Below are positions 1 to 11,718 of a DNA stretch of 64,000 nt, piece by piece (within the stretch, counting starts at the first letter, position 1; every line of letters starts with the position of its first letter). A program made the translations under genes and the position numbers. Below the pieces are notes generated by a model. It made no database searches, was not told the DNA's origin, and was given only the letters and a program-made list of their open reading frames with translations. The DNA comes from Zancudomyces culisetae HAW-14-8. Lineage: Eukaryota; Fungi; Kickxellomycota. Location: NCBI GenBank assembly GCA_052426225.1, contig JBNJNM010000019.1:62001-126000 (forward strand), in the 5' to 3' direction.

Positions 1-2367
1 AATTAAAGACTCATAGAAATTATTTTTGCACCATTATAGTTTAATAATAGTAAAATGTAAGATAAATAAATTTAATTGTGAAAGAAATCCAGTTTTAGGA
101 AATCTAGAAGTTTATTAGTAATAGTGCTACGGCTAGTGATAAATACAAGTTATAAAAAAAATTAAAATAACTATTAATAACTCACAACTAACAAGTCACG
201 CTTCGTATTAAAATTCGAACCGCGTTAATTCAGACAGTCAAAGATGAGAACCGATACTCAACTGATAGTGATCGTTCAGGATCAACTTCTATAGAAGTAG
301 ATCGCAACGAATCGCTCACTCATTTACTGATTTCATGGATCATGCTTTTTATCAAATGAATAATTCGACGAAGGATGGGGTTACGCTCAATCCGATCCGA
401 CTGAGTACATCTTTTTGTAAATTATTTTTTTCTAAGCTAATACACAATTCACAGATTGCTATCACCTAAGATGTATTTCCATTTTGATGGGTCTAGGCCA
501 GTGCTGACGACGTAGATCTGATATTAACTGTTCTTTTATTCGAATTTTAAAAAAAAGCTTCATCCCCGTTCGATGTGATAGTTTGTACATTTATTAATTG
601 ATCATTAATATTTTATAGCTTTTTGGAGTTTTTTTTGGGGTTTTTAGGTTTGAATCATTTTCTGGTGACGATAATTTACAACAGTTGTCTAATATTAACG
701 AATTAATAGCACTATTGTATTTTGGTTCATGGATTCATGATATTCATGTTTATTGAACTTTTAATCGTTTTGAGTGGTTAAATACAAGCAAAAAATAAAA
801 TTGAATTGAATAATAATTTAGTTCGTCAAATTGGCTTAGTACATATTACTCACTAGAATAATTAACAAATTTTAGGTGATTTATACACACTTATTTCTCT
901 TCACCAGTGTTGTGATATCAGCAAATTTATTATTTGTTTTAACTAACTTTACCATATAGCTATATGATTAACTATCTTAACATTTACGAACTACTAACTG
1001 AACTATCTCCTTGTCCCATCTCTATCTAGTCTGTTATATATATAAAGTTAGCTATTTATGTAACTAATTGTACTCTTGCTCATGCTCCGTGTTTCATGTT
1101 TCTGGGCGTGAATTTGAATGGTTAATCACGACATTAGTACTGCTGTTTCTTTAATAATTCCTATTCAAAATTTATTTCATTTTTTCATTTTAGCAAGTCA
1201 TAATCCTACCGCCATGTGTTCAATACTGCAATAAAAATCATGAACCAGTGTGTAAGGGTAGTAAAATAATGTTAATTTCAAGAACTAGAATTGTCCAATA
1301 TCTTGTATGGCCGAGAATCGAAATCAATAATAATTAGAATGAACGTAAATTGGATAATTTGTAAGATGACTGAGATAATAATAAAGAGGAGCTGAAAACC
1401 TTTAGAAGTTAGTTAATTCAGATCATAAATTAATTAGCTAATTAGTGAAAAAGATACATTAAGCCACTAAATAAGTCGCAACATAGCATCAATTTCACAT
1501 GGGCTATAGTTTTTAATTTCTAAACATTCATTTCAATTTCAATTTTTTTAGTAAAGCATTTTATTTGGGTAATTTTATTAATTAGTTGTAGAAGATTATG
1601 ACACCAATTTTATGTAAATTTTTTGTTTATTTAGACCTAATAGCAAACATAATTATCTAATATTGTCTTAAAGGGATAATTTATATAGCTGGAAATTTAA
1701 TTTTGTCTTTGTAAGAAATACCGATATACTTTGTACTAGTAACACTCAATAAATAAATGGAAGGGGACTGGGCGAACTGTTTGTGACCATCTTTCACTCA
1801 CATTTTTAGCCACTTAAATATTTTCAGAGTAACTAGTATTACTTAAAAAGATTATAGCCTACAATTTATAAAGGAAAATGATAATGTCACCAAAGATATT
1901 TAGTACAAGTCTTAAACTGTGCCATAGCTAATGATTATTTAAACCTATCCAGCTACGAAATCGGTGAAAGTTGTGAACTACAACTAATTTGAGAGTAATA
2001 TATATGGTGCAAACCCTATAGACTTCAAACTTGTTCAAGAAAAATATAGCCCAAATTATGATAAATGCTCAACCATTTTTTACTAAATCAACTCTCAATA
2101 ATCCTTCAACATTTCTAACAAACTCAACACTAACATACAAAAATTGTTTATCAGTCTTGAAAAATAAACTAACTTGGGGTGAATATAGCCTATTAGAATA
2201 AAATGTATAATACTCATTTAAACAAATACCTAATTTTCTGTATTATTTATTTTGATAACGTTTTTCTTGGCCCTAAAAAAGAGTATATAACAACTTACAA
2301 GGTTGTAATTTCAAGTATACCTATTATAAAATTGAAGTATATTCCATCATAATATTTCAGCGTAACA

Positions 2368-3366
2368 ATGAGACAAATTTCCATTAATGCAAAGAGGCTT
2401 AGGACATTGCTAATATCGCTGCTACTGGTTGTATCCATAACCTTAGTATACCTTCTATCGCAGAGATCGCTTTGCACCGGTAACTTTGGTGAAGGTGGTA
2501 TAGGGTTTTTGAATCAAGAAGTAACTAAGGATGGAATGGATTATGCCTTAAAAGACATTTTAGATAGCAATGAGCATGAAAACGATGACACTCTTCGTTA
2601 CCGAGGCAATGATATAACTAATATCGTTAAAATTGGCAAAAGTGATAGAGTTGAAGGTTTCAAATATATCAAGCTGGCAGATATTTCGGAAGAAGCAAGT
2701 ATAACCAACCTTGTAACATTCGACGACAAAAATTCAGACTATGCAATCATCATACCCATATCCCCAGCAGACGATATATTCTGGATAAAAAACTTGTATT
2801 ATGGCTTTAATGTTTTAACAGTATGTGATAAAGACGATCCAAGGGCGCAAAAAAAGCATTTATGTGATATTGTGCTAGACGATAACTATGAATACCGCAC
2901 ACTTGCCAAAAAAACAAATGACATGATTAGTAAAATCTGTAAGACACTTCCGCGGTACAAAGCAATTGTAAAACTTGATTTTGACGTCGTTATAAATAAA
3001 AAGTACTTAGTCGAACTCCTTAATCTAATGATTCCAAACGGTGGTAAACGCCTATATTTCGGTGACCCAAACTACAAGGGAACAAATAAAGTAGCAATGA
3101 ATGGTAAAGTATATGCATTTACCAGAAGGCTACTGGAAGATTTTTGCAACTGTACAGAGGTACCAAAAACGAGATATGGTATGTCAGAAGATAATTGGTT
3201 TGGGGATACACTTGCGAGGTGTGCACTTCAAAAAAATGAAAAGTTTAATTACAATGATGAGTATATTTTGATAATATCAGATAGATATCAAATACATCAT
3301 AAGGAGTACACCAAGGGAAATGTAAATTACAAAGTAGGAAGATTCGCGTACAAAACAGATAAATAA
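2368..3366 (+). CDS. Type II membrane glycosyltransferase, GT31 (galactosyltransferase/fringe)-like; paralogue 1
   Basis: 332-aa intronless ORF with an N-terminal TM anchor (LLISLLLVVSITLVYLL). It carries GT31-type motifs Y..LAKKT, VKLDFD (DxD), an MNGKVY glycine loop and EDNWFG (EDV-like). Confidence 0.65.
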   Translation: MRQISINAKRLRTLLISLLLVVSITLVYLLSQRSLCTGNFGEGGIGFLNQEVTKDGMDYALKDILDSNEHENDDTLRYRGNDITNIVKIGKSDRVEGFKYIKLADISEEASITNLVTFDDKNSDYAIIIPISPADDIFWIKNLYYGFNVLTVCDKDDPRAQKKHLCDIVLDDNYEYRTLAKKTNDMISKICKTLPRYKAIVKLDFDVVINKKYLVELLNLMIPNGGKRLYFGDPNYKGTNKVAMNGKVYAFTRRLLEDFCNCTEVPKTRYGMSEDNWFGDTLARCALQKNEKFNYNDEYILIISDRYQIHHKEYTKGNVNYKVGRFAYKTDK

Positions 3367-5820
3367 TAACACAAAACCTAATTATCCTAGTTAATTCTGG
3401 ATAACGTACTAGAGCGTATATTTATGTTTTTCTACTGTCTATCCATTTTTTATTTATTGTTTTACACTAGCACTTTTCTGTGCAAACTCGAATAAATAAT
3501 TCAAACAAACATCAATACTATCCTGGCACTTTTAAACACAACAATATACATTTTTCAATCTCAACCTTAATTTAAAACAAAAAAAATGAAAAAACTAAAA
3601 TATTATAGCTGGGAATCAAGCCTCTTATTTCAGTGTCTTTGCTTAGCATTAAAATCGTTTGTATTCTGTTGCCTCAATAGCTACCTAAAATATCATTCAA
3701 GAAATAAATGTATAATAAACTGATTTTCACAACCCATAACGTTCTAACATCCACCCATTTAGAATATATCCTATACAAGAGAGTGCTGCCGAGGGGAGAT
3801 AATGTTTAGAAAAATTTTACGCCACAGTACGCCTCTAAACCCAATTTTATGAGTTTTTTTTGATAGATGAAATTATTTAGTTTCTAGTCCTTTTATCTGG
3901 TTCATTGTATTTTAAATAGAACGCAACGAGTTAATTCATATCTGTAAGTATAACTTGCCAAAATGTTTAGTTTAAAATGTTTGTAACTAGTGAGACTACA
4001 AACCAGAACACCAGGGTAAGTTGATGAATTATTGTTCCTTTATTTAGGGTTGTTTGACTAATAAGTCAAGATATAACTAATATGACTGAAAAATGTGAAT
4101 CCAAATAATACCTTTGATTTAGAAGTAGGATGTCTAAATGTTTAAAAACCAAGAGCTCCGCATGGAACCTATCAATAAATAGTAGGGAGCTAGCCTAACC
4201 ACACTTTGAATATGAACACGGAATCCCCTGAAGATGAGTGCAGCTAGGGATAGGGCAAAGCAATCGAGCAAAGGTTATACAGAACAAATTCACAACAAAA
4301 ATGCGAGGTGAAAAGAGTATAAGAGTTCTGAGTAAAAGCCCAACGATAAGGGTATCTTGATGCATCATCAATCATAAATTATGACTTGAAATAGGGATCT
4401 CCAGAGAGTTCTGCTTAGGCGACCTTAAAAATTTGCTCAAGAAATGGGTTCCCGGTTGCAAGTGTAAATCCTAAAGTTGTAGCAAAGGTAATCAAATCAG
4501 AACCAATTATCTTTCAATATTGAGACTCTAGGGAGTCGAAGGGGAATTTGGTGAGTTAGATTATAACGTCTTTAATAGAAACTTTTTATTACCTAAGATT
4601 ATTTTTCACAGGATAATATTAAAATACTTAGATTTATATAATACTAATTTATTAAAATTACCCAACACACTTTTTTAAATATTTATTATTATTTTATAGT
4701 TAAAATTTGGATAATTTTTAATATATCTGAGATTAGAAAAATTAATATATGGAATTAATCCAGCTAATATAGAGAAAAAACAATTCCCCAAAAAGAGATA
4801 ACTCAAGCTTTTTATTCGAACTTGAGTGTTGTAGATTTACATGCTAGGTTGTTGAGATATAAAAAATAAATAAATTTGTAATTACCCACTGAACAGCTAA
4901 AAAAGATATGCTCAGTCACTCATTATGTTTAACACTCTTTTCAATATTCTGCACGTGCCCCACCCAATTTTACAAAAGCAATATACTAATAGTAATTAGA
5001 GAGTTAATGTTAACATTTAGTTTGGTAGACAAACAAGATACCATTCACAACTATCACCTAAACCTTTGTTTATATTTCCATTTAAACCAAAGTACTATAT
5101 TCTTAGTTTTATGTTTGAGAGTACTAAAAAAGCACTTATAGAAAAGTAAAAAATTAGTAAAGTAAAATGAGGAAGAATCTTATCTTTTGTTAGAAGCCAT
5201 AACTTGTAGACCTGTCCTCTTCAAGTTTAAAACATTATTATTCGAAATTTTTACATATATGAATTAAAGGGGCTAATTACTCAAACCTGGAATTTCAGGT
5301 AATTAAAAAATTTATAGTCCAACAATTTTTAGCTCAAACATTTTTAAGATGAATTTATTAAATATACAAAATACTCGCATTAAAATAAACAGGCAATAAT
5401 AAAATTAACTAATAGTACACTTTTGAGCCGATGTGATGAAATTCATGATGATGATAGGTGGAATAAAGAAGCCGAGTTGACACCCCGTGTCACACTAAGT
5501 ATAAGTGAAGCTAATGTGTAATTGAACATTACTTTACAAACAAAAGTAAAACCTATCAGAAAATGTTTGAAGGATATAACTGTCTAATACTTCATGTATG
5601 TGGTTTTTTTGACGACCCACCACTTGGTATATTTTGCTTTCCTCTTTTCAAAACTATTCTCTTTAATATATACGTTTGTCACAGTAAAAATTATATACAT
5701 CTACGTTTTACAGCAATACCCAAGCAGTCAATATATTGTGCAAAGAGTCAAGTGTTTGGATCACGTTGGATTTCATAGAACGATTGTATTTGCTTGATAA
5801 CTTAAAGTACAGAGAAAAAA

Positions 5821-7017
5821 ATGGTGCATATACGCATAGCTGTAAAGACTATATTAGTTATGCTGCTGATCTCTACAGCTATTTATCTATTTTTAGATTT
5901 GAGTATAACGCAGCTAGCTTCTAAACTAAGCCTAGGCAAGGTATATTCACATCAATGGTCCAAGACCAAAAACAATGCTCTTCCACGGTCGGGGTTGCTT
6001 TATAATGATATTGTTAAAATGAACGACTATGACTTTATTGATGGTGATAGCGGAGCCAATGTTAGTGGAGATTCTAAGGCTGATGCGAGAAATGATATCG
6101 CCACACCAAATACTGGCACCACAACTACCAATTCCAACTCCAACTTCAACTCTGATAGTACAAACAATATCAAGCCCAATACAGCGAATGCTGAAGAAAG
6201 CAGAAACAGTCCCTCCACAATTGCAACAAGTTCAAAACTTAGCAACAACAACACTATTAAAGTTGACTACAAAGATATTGCAAAAGCAGTTACTTTAGGC
6301 GCAAAGAAGCGATACAAAGATATTAAATACATTAACTTACCAGACGTGTTTGGAACAGCAAGTATAACCAACCTTGCAACATTCAACAAAAATAATTCAG
6401 ACTATGCAATCATCGTACCGATATCCCCAGCAGACGATATATTTTGGATAAAAAACTTGTACTATGGCTTTAACGTTTTAACAGTATGTGATAAAGACGA
6501 TCCAAGGGCGCAACAAAAACATTTATGTGATGTTGTGCTAGACGATAACTATGAATACCGCACACTTGCCAAAAAAACAAATGACATGATTAGTAAAATC
6601 TGTAAGACACTTCCGCGGTACAAAACAATTGTAAAACTTGATTTTGACATTGTTATAAACAAAAGCTACTTGGCTGCTATGCTCAAGTTGATGGGTGCAA
6701 ATCCTGACAAGAGAATCTACTTTGGTGATCCAAACTATAAAAAAAATAGTAAAGTCATATCTATGAATGGTAAAGTGTATGCGTTTACCAGAAGGCTACT
6801 TGAAGATTTTTGCAACTGTACAGAGGTACCAAAAACAAAACATGGGATGTTTGAAGATAATTGGTTTGGGGAAGCTCTTGCAAATTGTGCACTCCAAATA
6901 AATGAAGAGTTTAATTACAATGATGAGTATATTTTTATATTCTCAGATGAATCGCAGATATATCATAAGGAGTACACCGGGAAGAGTGTAAAGTTAAGAA
7001 TGGGTAGATTCGCTTGA
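5821..7017 (+). CDS. Type II membrane glycosyltransferase, GT31-like; paralogue 2 with a longer N/S/T-rich stem
   Basis: 398-aa ORF with the same TM anchor layout and the same LAKKT/KLDFD/EDNWFG motifs. The catalytic core is near-identical to 2368..3366. Confidence 0.65.
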   Translation: MVHIRIAVKTILVMLLISTAIYLFLDLSITQLASKLSLGKVYSHQWSKTKNNALPRSGLLYNDIVKMNDYDFIDGDSGANVSGDSKADARNDIATPNTGTTTTNSNSNFNSDSTNNIKPNTANAEESRNSPSTIATSSKLSNNNTIKVDYKDIAKAVTLGAKKRYKDIKYINLPDVFGTASITNLATFNKNNSDYAIIVPISPADDIFWIKNLYYGFNVLTVCDKDDPRAQQKHLCDVVLDDNYEYRTLAKKTNDMISKICKTLPRYKTIVKLDFDIVINKSYLAAMLKLMGANPDKRIYFGDPNYKKNSKVISMNGKVYAFTRRLLEDFCNCTEVPKTKHGMFEDNWFGEALANCALQINEEFNYNDEYIFIFSDESQIYHKEYTGKSVKLRMGRFA

Positions 7018-7433
7018 TGTCCTTACACATTCAAAAATAAATATTTTAGTAGAATCGTAATTTACACTTTTTCCCCTTTGTTTTCATGATATAATAGTAG
7101 CTTTGTGATGTATAAAATATGAGTTGAGTAAAACCGTTATATTAAATTAATGCTTGATATAAACATAAAAGTGTTCAACAGTAAACAAATAGACTAATAC
7201 AAAAAAGTTTACTACAACAATCGGTCAACACGAGGTATGATAGTGTTTTATAAAAGAATAGATATGCATTTACACAAAAACAGACTAAACTATATCGAAA
7301 CTTTATAAAAAAAGGACGCTGTTGGAACTGGAATAGACAGTGTTTTTGACAAATTTAAAAAACAAAAGTAAAGGAAAATGATAAATAATCAGCAATGTTG
7401 CTTATATATTAAAACGTACAAAAGCCATGTAGT

Positions 7434-8422
7434 TTACAGAAACAACTCCCAATCGTTAATGACAAGGGTTGAGACACAGGCAATCAAGTTGTCCAGAGTT
7501 ATCTTATCCTGATCACTCATCGACGAGTATTGCGAAATATCGTCTGACTTGCCTTTGGGTGAATTGATCGTAATCAAAATGTCCGCTTTTACTTTTTCTA
7601 TACGAATCAGTACAAGGTACACACCCAATAAATCAACATCTTTATTTTGGTCGCTGGAGCCATGGTTAAACTTGGATACTGTTTGTACACCAAATCCTTG
7701 AATCATTGTACATCCGCTATTTCTCATCCAAACCCATGCAATGTTAAAAAGCGGTAAAAGCAAAAGTAATATTATAAGTAAATAATACAATATTTTACCT
7801 TAGGCTCTCTGAGAGCTCGACACTTGAAATCTCTGATAGTAGTAGTTTGTGGAGTTTGGCATCGTTTTCTTCAGCAAGATTATCAAAATGCACCCTAAAT
7901 TTGTTTGACATATCAAATATCATATTTATTGTACATATATATGATTGAATGCGGTTTTGTGTAAAGTTTTAAAATGAATATAAATCTGCTCTAGAGTTTT
8001 GGTTCTCTTCTTTTAAGGTCTTGATTTAAAATAAATAAAAAATAGTATAAATAATTACCTTAGAGCTTCACTGTTGGGGACATCTTGATGCTCTAGAATT
8101 TCAACTATTAAACTTTCGTCATTTTCGGGATTCAAAAATACCTCTTGATTGTCAGGGATCTGCCTTATTTGACTACATGTAATAAAATAAACAAAGGCTA
8201 TCAACTCAACTCTTTAGCGTTTATTTTTGACCTTAGTGGTGTAGAACTAAAGCCGGTATATAACAGAACTTAGGAGAGTAAGTCCTGAGGGCTAAGAGTA
8301 GGGGGATGGGGGATGAGAGATGAGGGAGGGAGAATAAAAAGAAATGTTTACCTTGCATCCAGTAATGTGTTAGGAATGCTGATCGACATGTAGCCACCAT
8401 AGAGTTCGTGAGTAACGTTCAT
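7434..8422 (-). CDS. MOG1: Ran guanine nucleotide release factor Mog1 (4 exons: 8422-8352, 8172-8059, 7894-7799, 7716-7434; 187 aa)
   Basis: Manual GT-AG splicing gives MNVTHELYGGYMSISIP..DASQIRQIPDNQEVF..DESLIVEILE..HFDNLAEEN..G.QTVSKFN..LIRIEKVKADILITINSP..INDWELFL, the Mog1 signature. Exon phases are consistent. Confidence 0.9.
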
Positions 8423-9162
8423 TTCGAGTAGCGTTGGCCTTTTTTTGGAATTGTTTGCTTTTCCCTCCTCTTCTGTTATGAGTGTAAATATCTATATCGA
8501 TTATTTTTTGTTTGCAAAAGATCATCAGATGAACACTAATTGGAAAAGATAATTGGACAAAAAAAGGATGAAGTAGGGAGAAACTGGTTGGAGTGGAGGA
8601 TTGGGCTTGGAAGTCGGGTATTTAATTCAATAACCAATTTCGTAGTTTGGGAATTTCAGCGTTTTGTGTGCGTAATTTTGCAAGCTGAATTAGGGTGTAT
8701 AAAGGAAATACGAGAAGAGATCTGGCTTAAAGACTAAACACCAGAAATATCTACTTGTGTAATATATCCAGTAAAATGAAGGCTTCCAGTCATTGCAACT
8801 ACATTTTACAACTTGTTTCAATTCAGTTTCAGGTACTAGTTTATGTATAAAGTGAATATTTAGTGAGTTAGCAAGGATTTGGGTATAAAAAAACAGTTAT
8901 CATTATTTTAGGATTAAATAGTTGACAAAGCCAAAAAAAATCAAGAAAAAAGTTCTTTAATCAGATAAAAAAAAAGTGTACAATTTATAAAACAGATTTG
9001 ATAAGCTTGGTATTGGATACTTGGTAATTGGTATCTAATATAAAGAGCACTATAGGAAATATTCAAAAATAATCGAGAAGAATAAATAGATGGAAGGGCC
9101 CAAAATCAAATACGAGGCTTTTGATTCCTCTGGAGCTCTTTTCAACACTATCACTTGACTCC

Positions 9163-9777
9163 TTAACCTTCCGTACATACAGGTATCTTAAAGTTATAAT
9201 TACAAGTAGGACATTTGTCTGAGACATACAGCAAGTGCTCATTAATACATCCGATATGAAAGTAATGCATGCATGGCAAGTTTCTTACATAATCAAGGCT
9301 GTATATCCGGCCATTGCAAATGCTACAAGGGTTATCAATAAGGAAACCAGGTAGGGATAATGATAGTGAGTGTGAGTGTGAGTGTGAGTGGGGGTGTGGT
9401 GATGACGGTGTTGCCTGTGGTGTAGTTTGCGATGATGATTGTGGTGGTGATTGAATTGGTGTGATGGAGTTACTATCATAAAAACGCTGTTGAGTTTCCT
9501 CAGATAAATCCAAAATATGGTTTTTCATCACTTCAGAATACTGGACTGCCGGAAATTGCTGATCAAGTTCTTCTGGTGTAAAAAACTGTTGGTCAGTGCC
9601 GCTAGGTTTACTAACATAGCGAGGTAGATCATCATCCGAAATTCGCTTAATTTCAGCTTGTGGATGTGATGATCGATATACATATCTACCATATACCCCC
9701 GCAACGCAAACCAAAACAAGTACTCCCAGCATTCCAAGTTGTACGAGAATGGTAGAATTCTGATATTCGAAGGCCAT
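9163..9777 (-). CDS. Single-TM RING-H2 E3 ubiquitin ligase (ATL-like architecture)
   Basis: Likely ATG at 9777 (MAFEYQ); the ORF-track start upstream is non-ATG. TM segment LGMLGVLVLVCVAGVYG; C-terminal CSIC..LPCMHYFHIGC..CPTC (C3H2C3). Confidence 0.8.
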   Translation of the reverse strand: MAFEYQNSTILVQLGMLGVLVLVCVAGVYGRYVYRSSHPQAEIKRISDDDLPRYVSKPSGTDQQFFTPEELDQQFPAVQYSEVMKNHILDLSEETQQRFYDSNSITPIQSPPQSSSQTTPQATPSSPHPHSHSHSHSLSLSLPGFLIDNPCSICNGRIYSLDYVRNLPCMHYFHIGCINEHLLYVSDKCPTCNYNFKIPVCTEG

Positions 9778-11718
9778 TTTTCCTTTTCTTCCTTTTTGGT
9801 TGATTTTTGTAGTTGTCGTTTTTTGCAGTTGTTGATTTTTATTTTTTTGACTCTCTTTTGTCAGAATATAAAATACAGAGATACACAAGGAAGCAAGAAC
9901 TTGATGATATGCAAATACTATACATTTGGTACACATAAATACATTAGTTAAGGATAAAAAATTATCAAGTAGCGTTATACATACATTTAAGTGATTGGGA
10001 AGAATAAACAAACCATCCCCCAGGAAAAAAGCTAGTTTTATAGTTGTAACAATAATTAAGTACAAGGTACTTGGTTGTTCTTTAAAAACATAATGTAATA
10101 CAATTTAAATACCTATAAACCACAGAGTTAGTTTCGAACTTGCCAAAGTACTCAAAAAGTGTAGTGTATGTTCAAGGATCTTAAAAGATGTCTATGTGTT
10201 AATTAGGTGCAATCCTGAGCCCTCATACATTTCTTTTTTTCGGAGGAGTGAGATATGTAGCCTATCCTTCGTTTTTCGAATATTTTCAAGTACAAGAATA
10301 AAAAATATATATGTGTAAGAGAAGATAAGAAAGAAAAAAAGATAGAGTTTAGAGACGAAATGTTAATAGAGAAGCCTATAACACAACCTTGAATTCTCTC
10401 TGCTTCATCCTTTCATCGTCCTTCCATTCCATTCCACTCATCTCTTCTGCTATTCCCTAATTCCCAAAAAAAAACGGCATGAAATATAATTTCCACTCTT
10501 TTTATTGATTAATCTTGTTAAAAACTGAGAAGAAATTGGCGGGATTCAGATAATAGTAAAGCATTTGAAATTTTAAGGAGGTAAAGTGTGATTTGCACAA
10601 ATGAGTTTTTTATATTCTAGCTGACAAATTGTAAAAATTTTTAGCAATCAAATAAATAATTAATGATTAATTTATGAAATAATAAATAGAGTGGAATATG
10701 AGTTTTAAATCCATGGCAGATTTAATAAATAAAATATGAATATCTCTCTTGTTATTTAATTTTTACCAATTATAATGTTAGACACTAAGTAGGACATGTA
10801 AAAGTCTTGGTATTTCTTTAAGAGGAAAAAAACAGAAGGATGTTGGCATAAGTGGACAAATGATTTAGATTTCACGTTTTTCTCTTCATCTCTAGTTATA
10901 CTTTATTAACAAATAAAATTTAGATTAATCATTATATCTTTCATACAACAACAAAAGCTACAAAAAATAAACATACATGATATTTCAGAATCATAGCTTG
11001 TAAACTTCTTCACATTAAAGTGATGACCTTATTATTGTTATTTTGAAGACTAGGACCAAGAGTATACTTAGACAAACTTGTAGCTCTTCAGCATAATCTA
11101 ATACTATGTTTGAAAAGTTTGTTTAAAAAGCAAAATGTATTGACCAAAAGCATCAATTCAAGACCAACTTGATTGGTGGCACTTGACTCATAGTACTAGA
11201 AGTAGCATGGTCATTTAGGATTTGCGCAGTCATCTATTTTGAAACGGTTGAAGGCCGCAGCAACACTTTTTCTCCTTATTGTATAAAAAATAAAGAAAAA
11301 CGAATGAAAAGTCCTTTTTTCTTATAGCGAAATTTTTTATGTGGTAAAGGTTAGATTGGAAATCGAAAAATCCAGGGATTCATAATTGATGGGATGGTTA
11401 TTGGAGTTTAAAATATTTACTGCGGAAATAGTTTAAAGTTCCAAAAGAAAGGTGAATGAAAAAAAAAAATCGTGACATTTTAGGCTCACTTATTTCTTTG
11501 GTTTCTTTATGTTTGAGTATATATAAGTGGATGGAATTACGATAAAAATCTCATTCAAATTTAGGTTGGCATAATTATTAACTGGGAGACAGTAATTAAT
11601 CCTGAGAGTAACAAGATTCATTAACAGGTTTTACAAAACTCATCACAGAATCTAATCTGAATAGTATAAACGAATAGATAACCAAATAAAACCGTAGGAT
11701 AGAGAAAAGAGGGAGGAA

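Noticed and set aside
1-2300. Possible gene or element in the first 2.3 kb
   Set aside because: Only short stop-rich frames; I could not identify terminal repeats or a domain.
7015-7017. TGA read-through in GT paralogue 2, which is 5 aa shorter than paralogue 1
   Set aside because: The sequence after the TGA does not resemble the paralogue's tail, and no SECIS is evident.
9778-10065. N-terminal 96 aa of ORF 9163..10065
   Set aside because: The start is non-ATG and the sequence is UTR-like; the paralogues imply a start at MAFEYQ.
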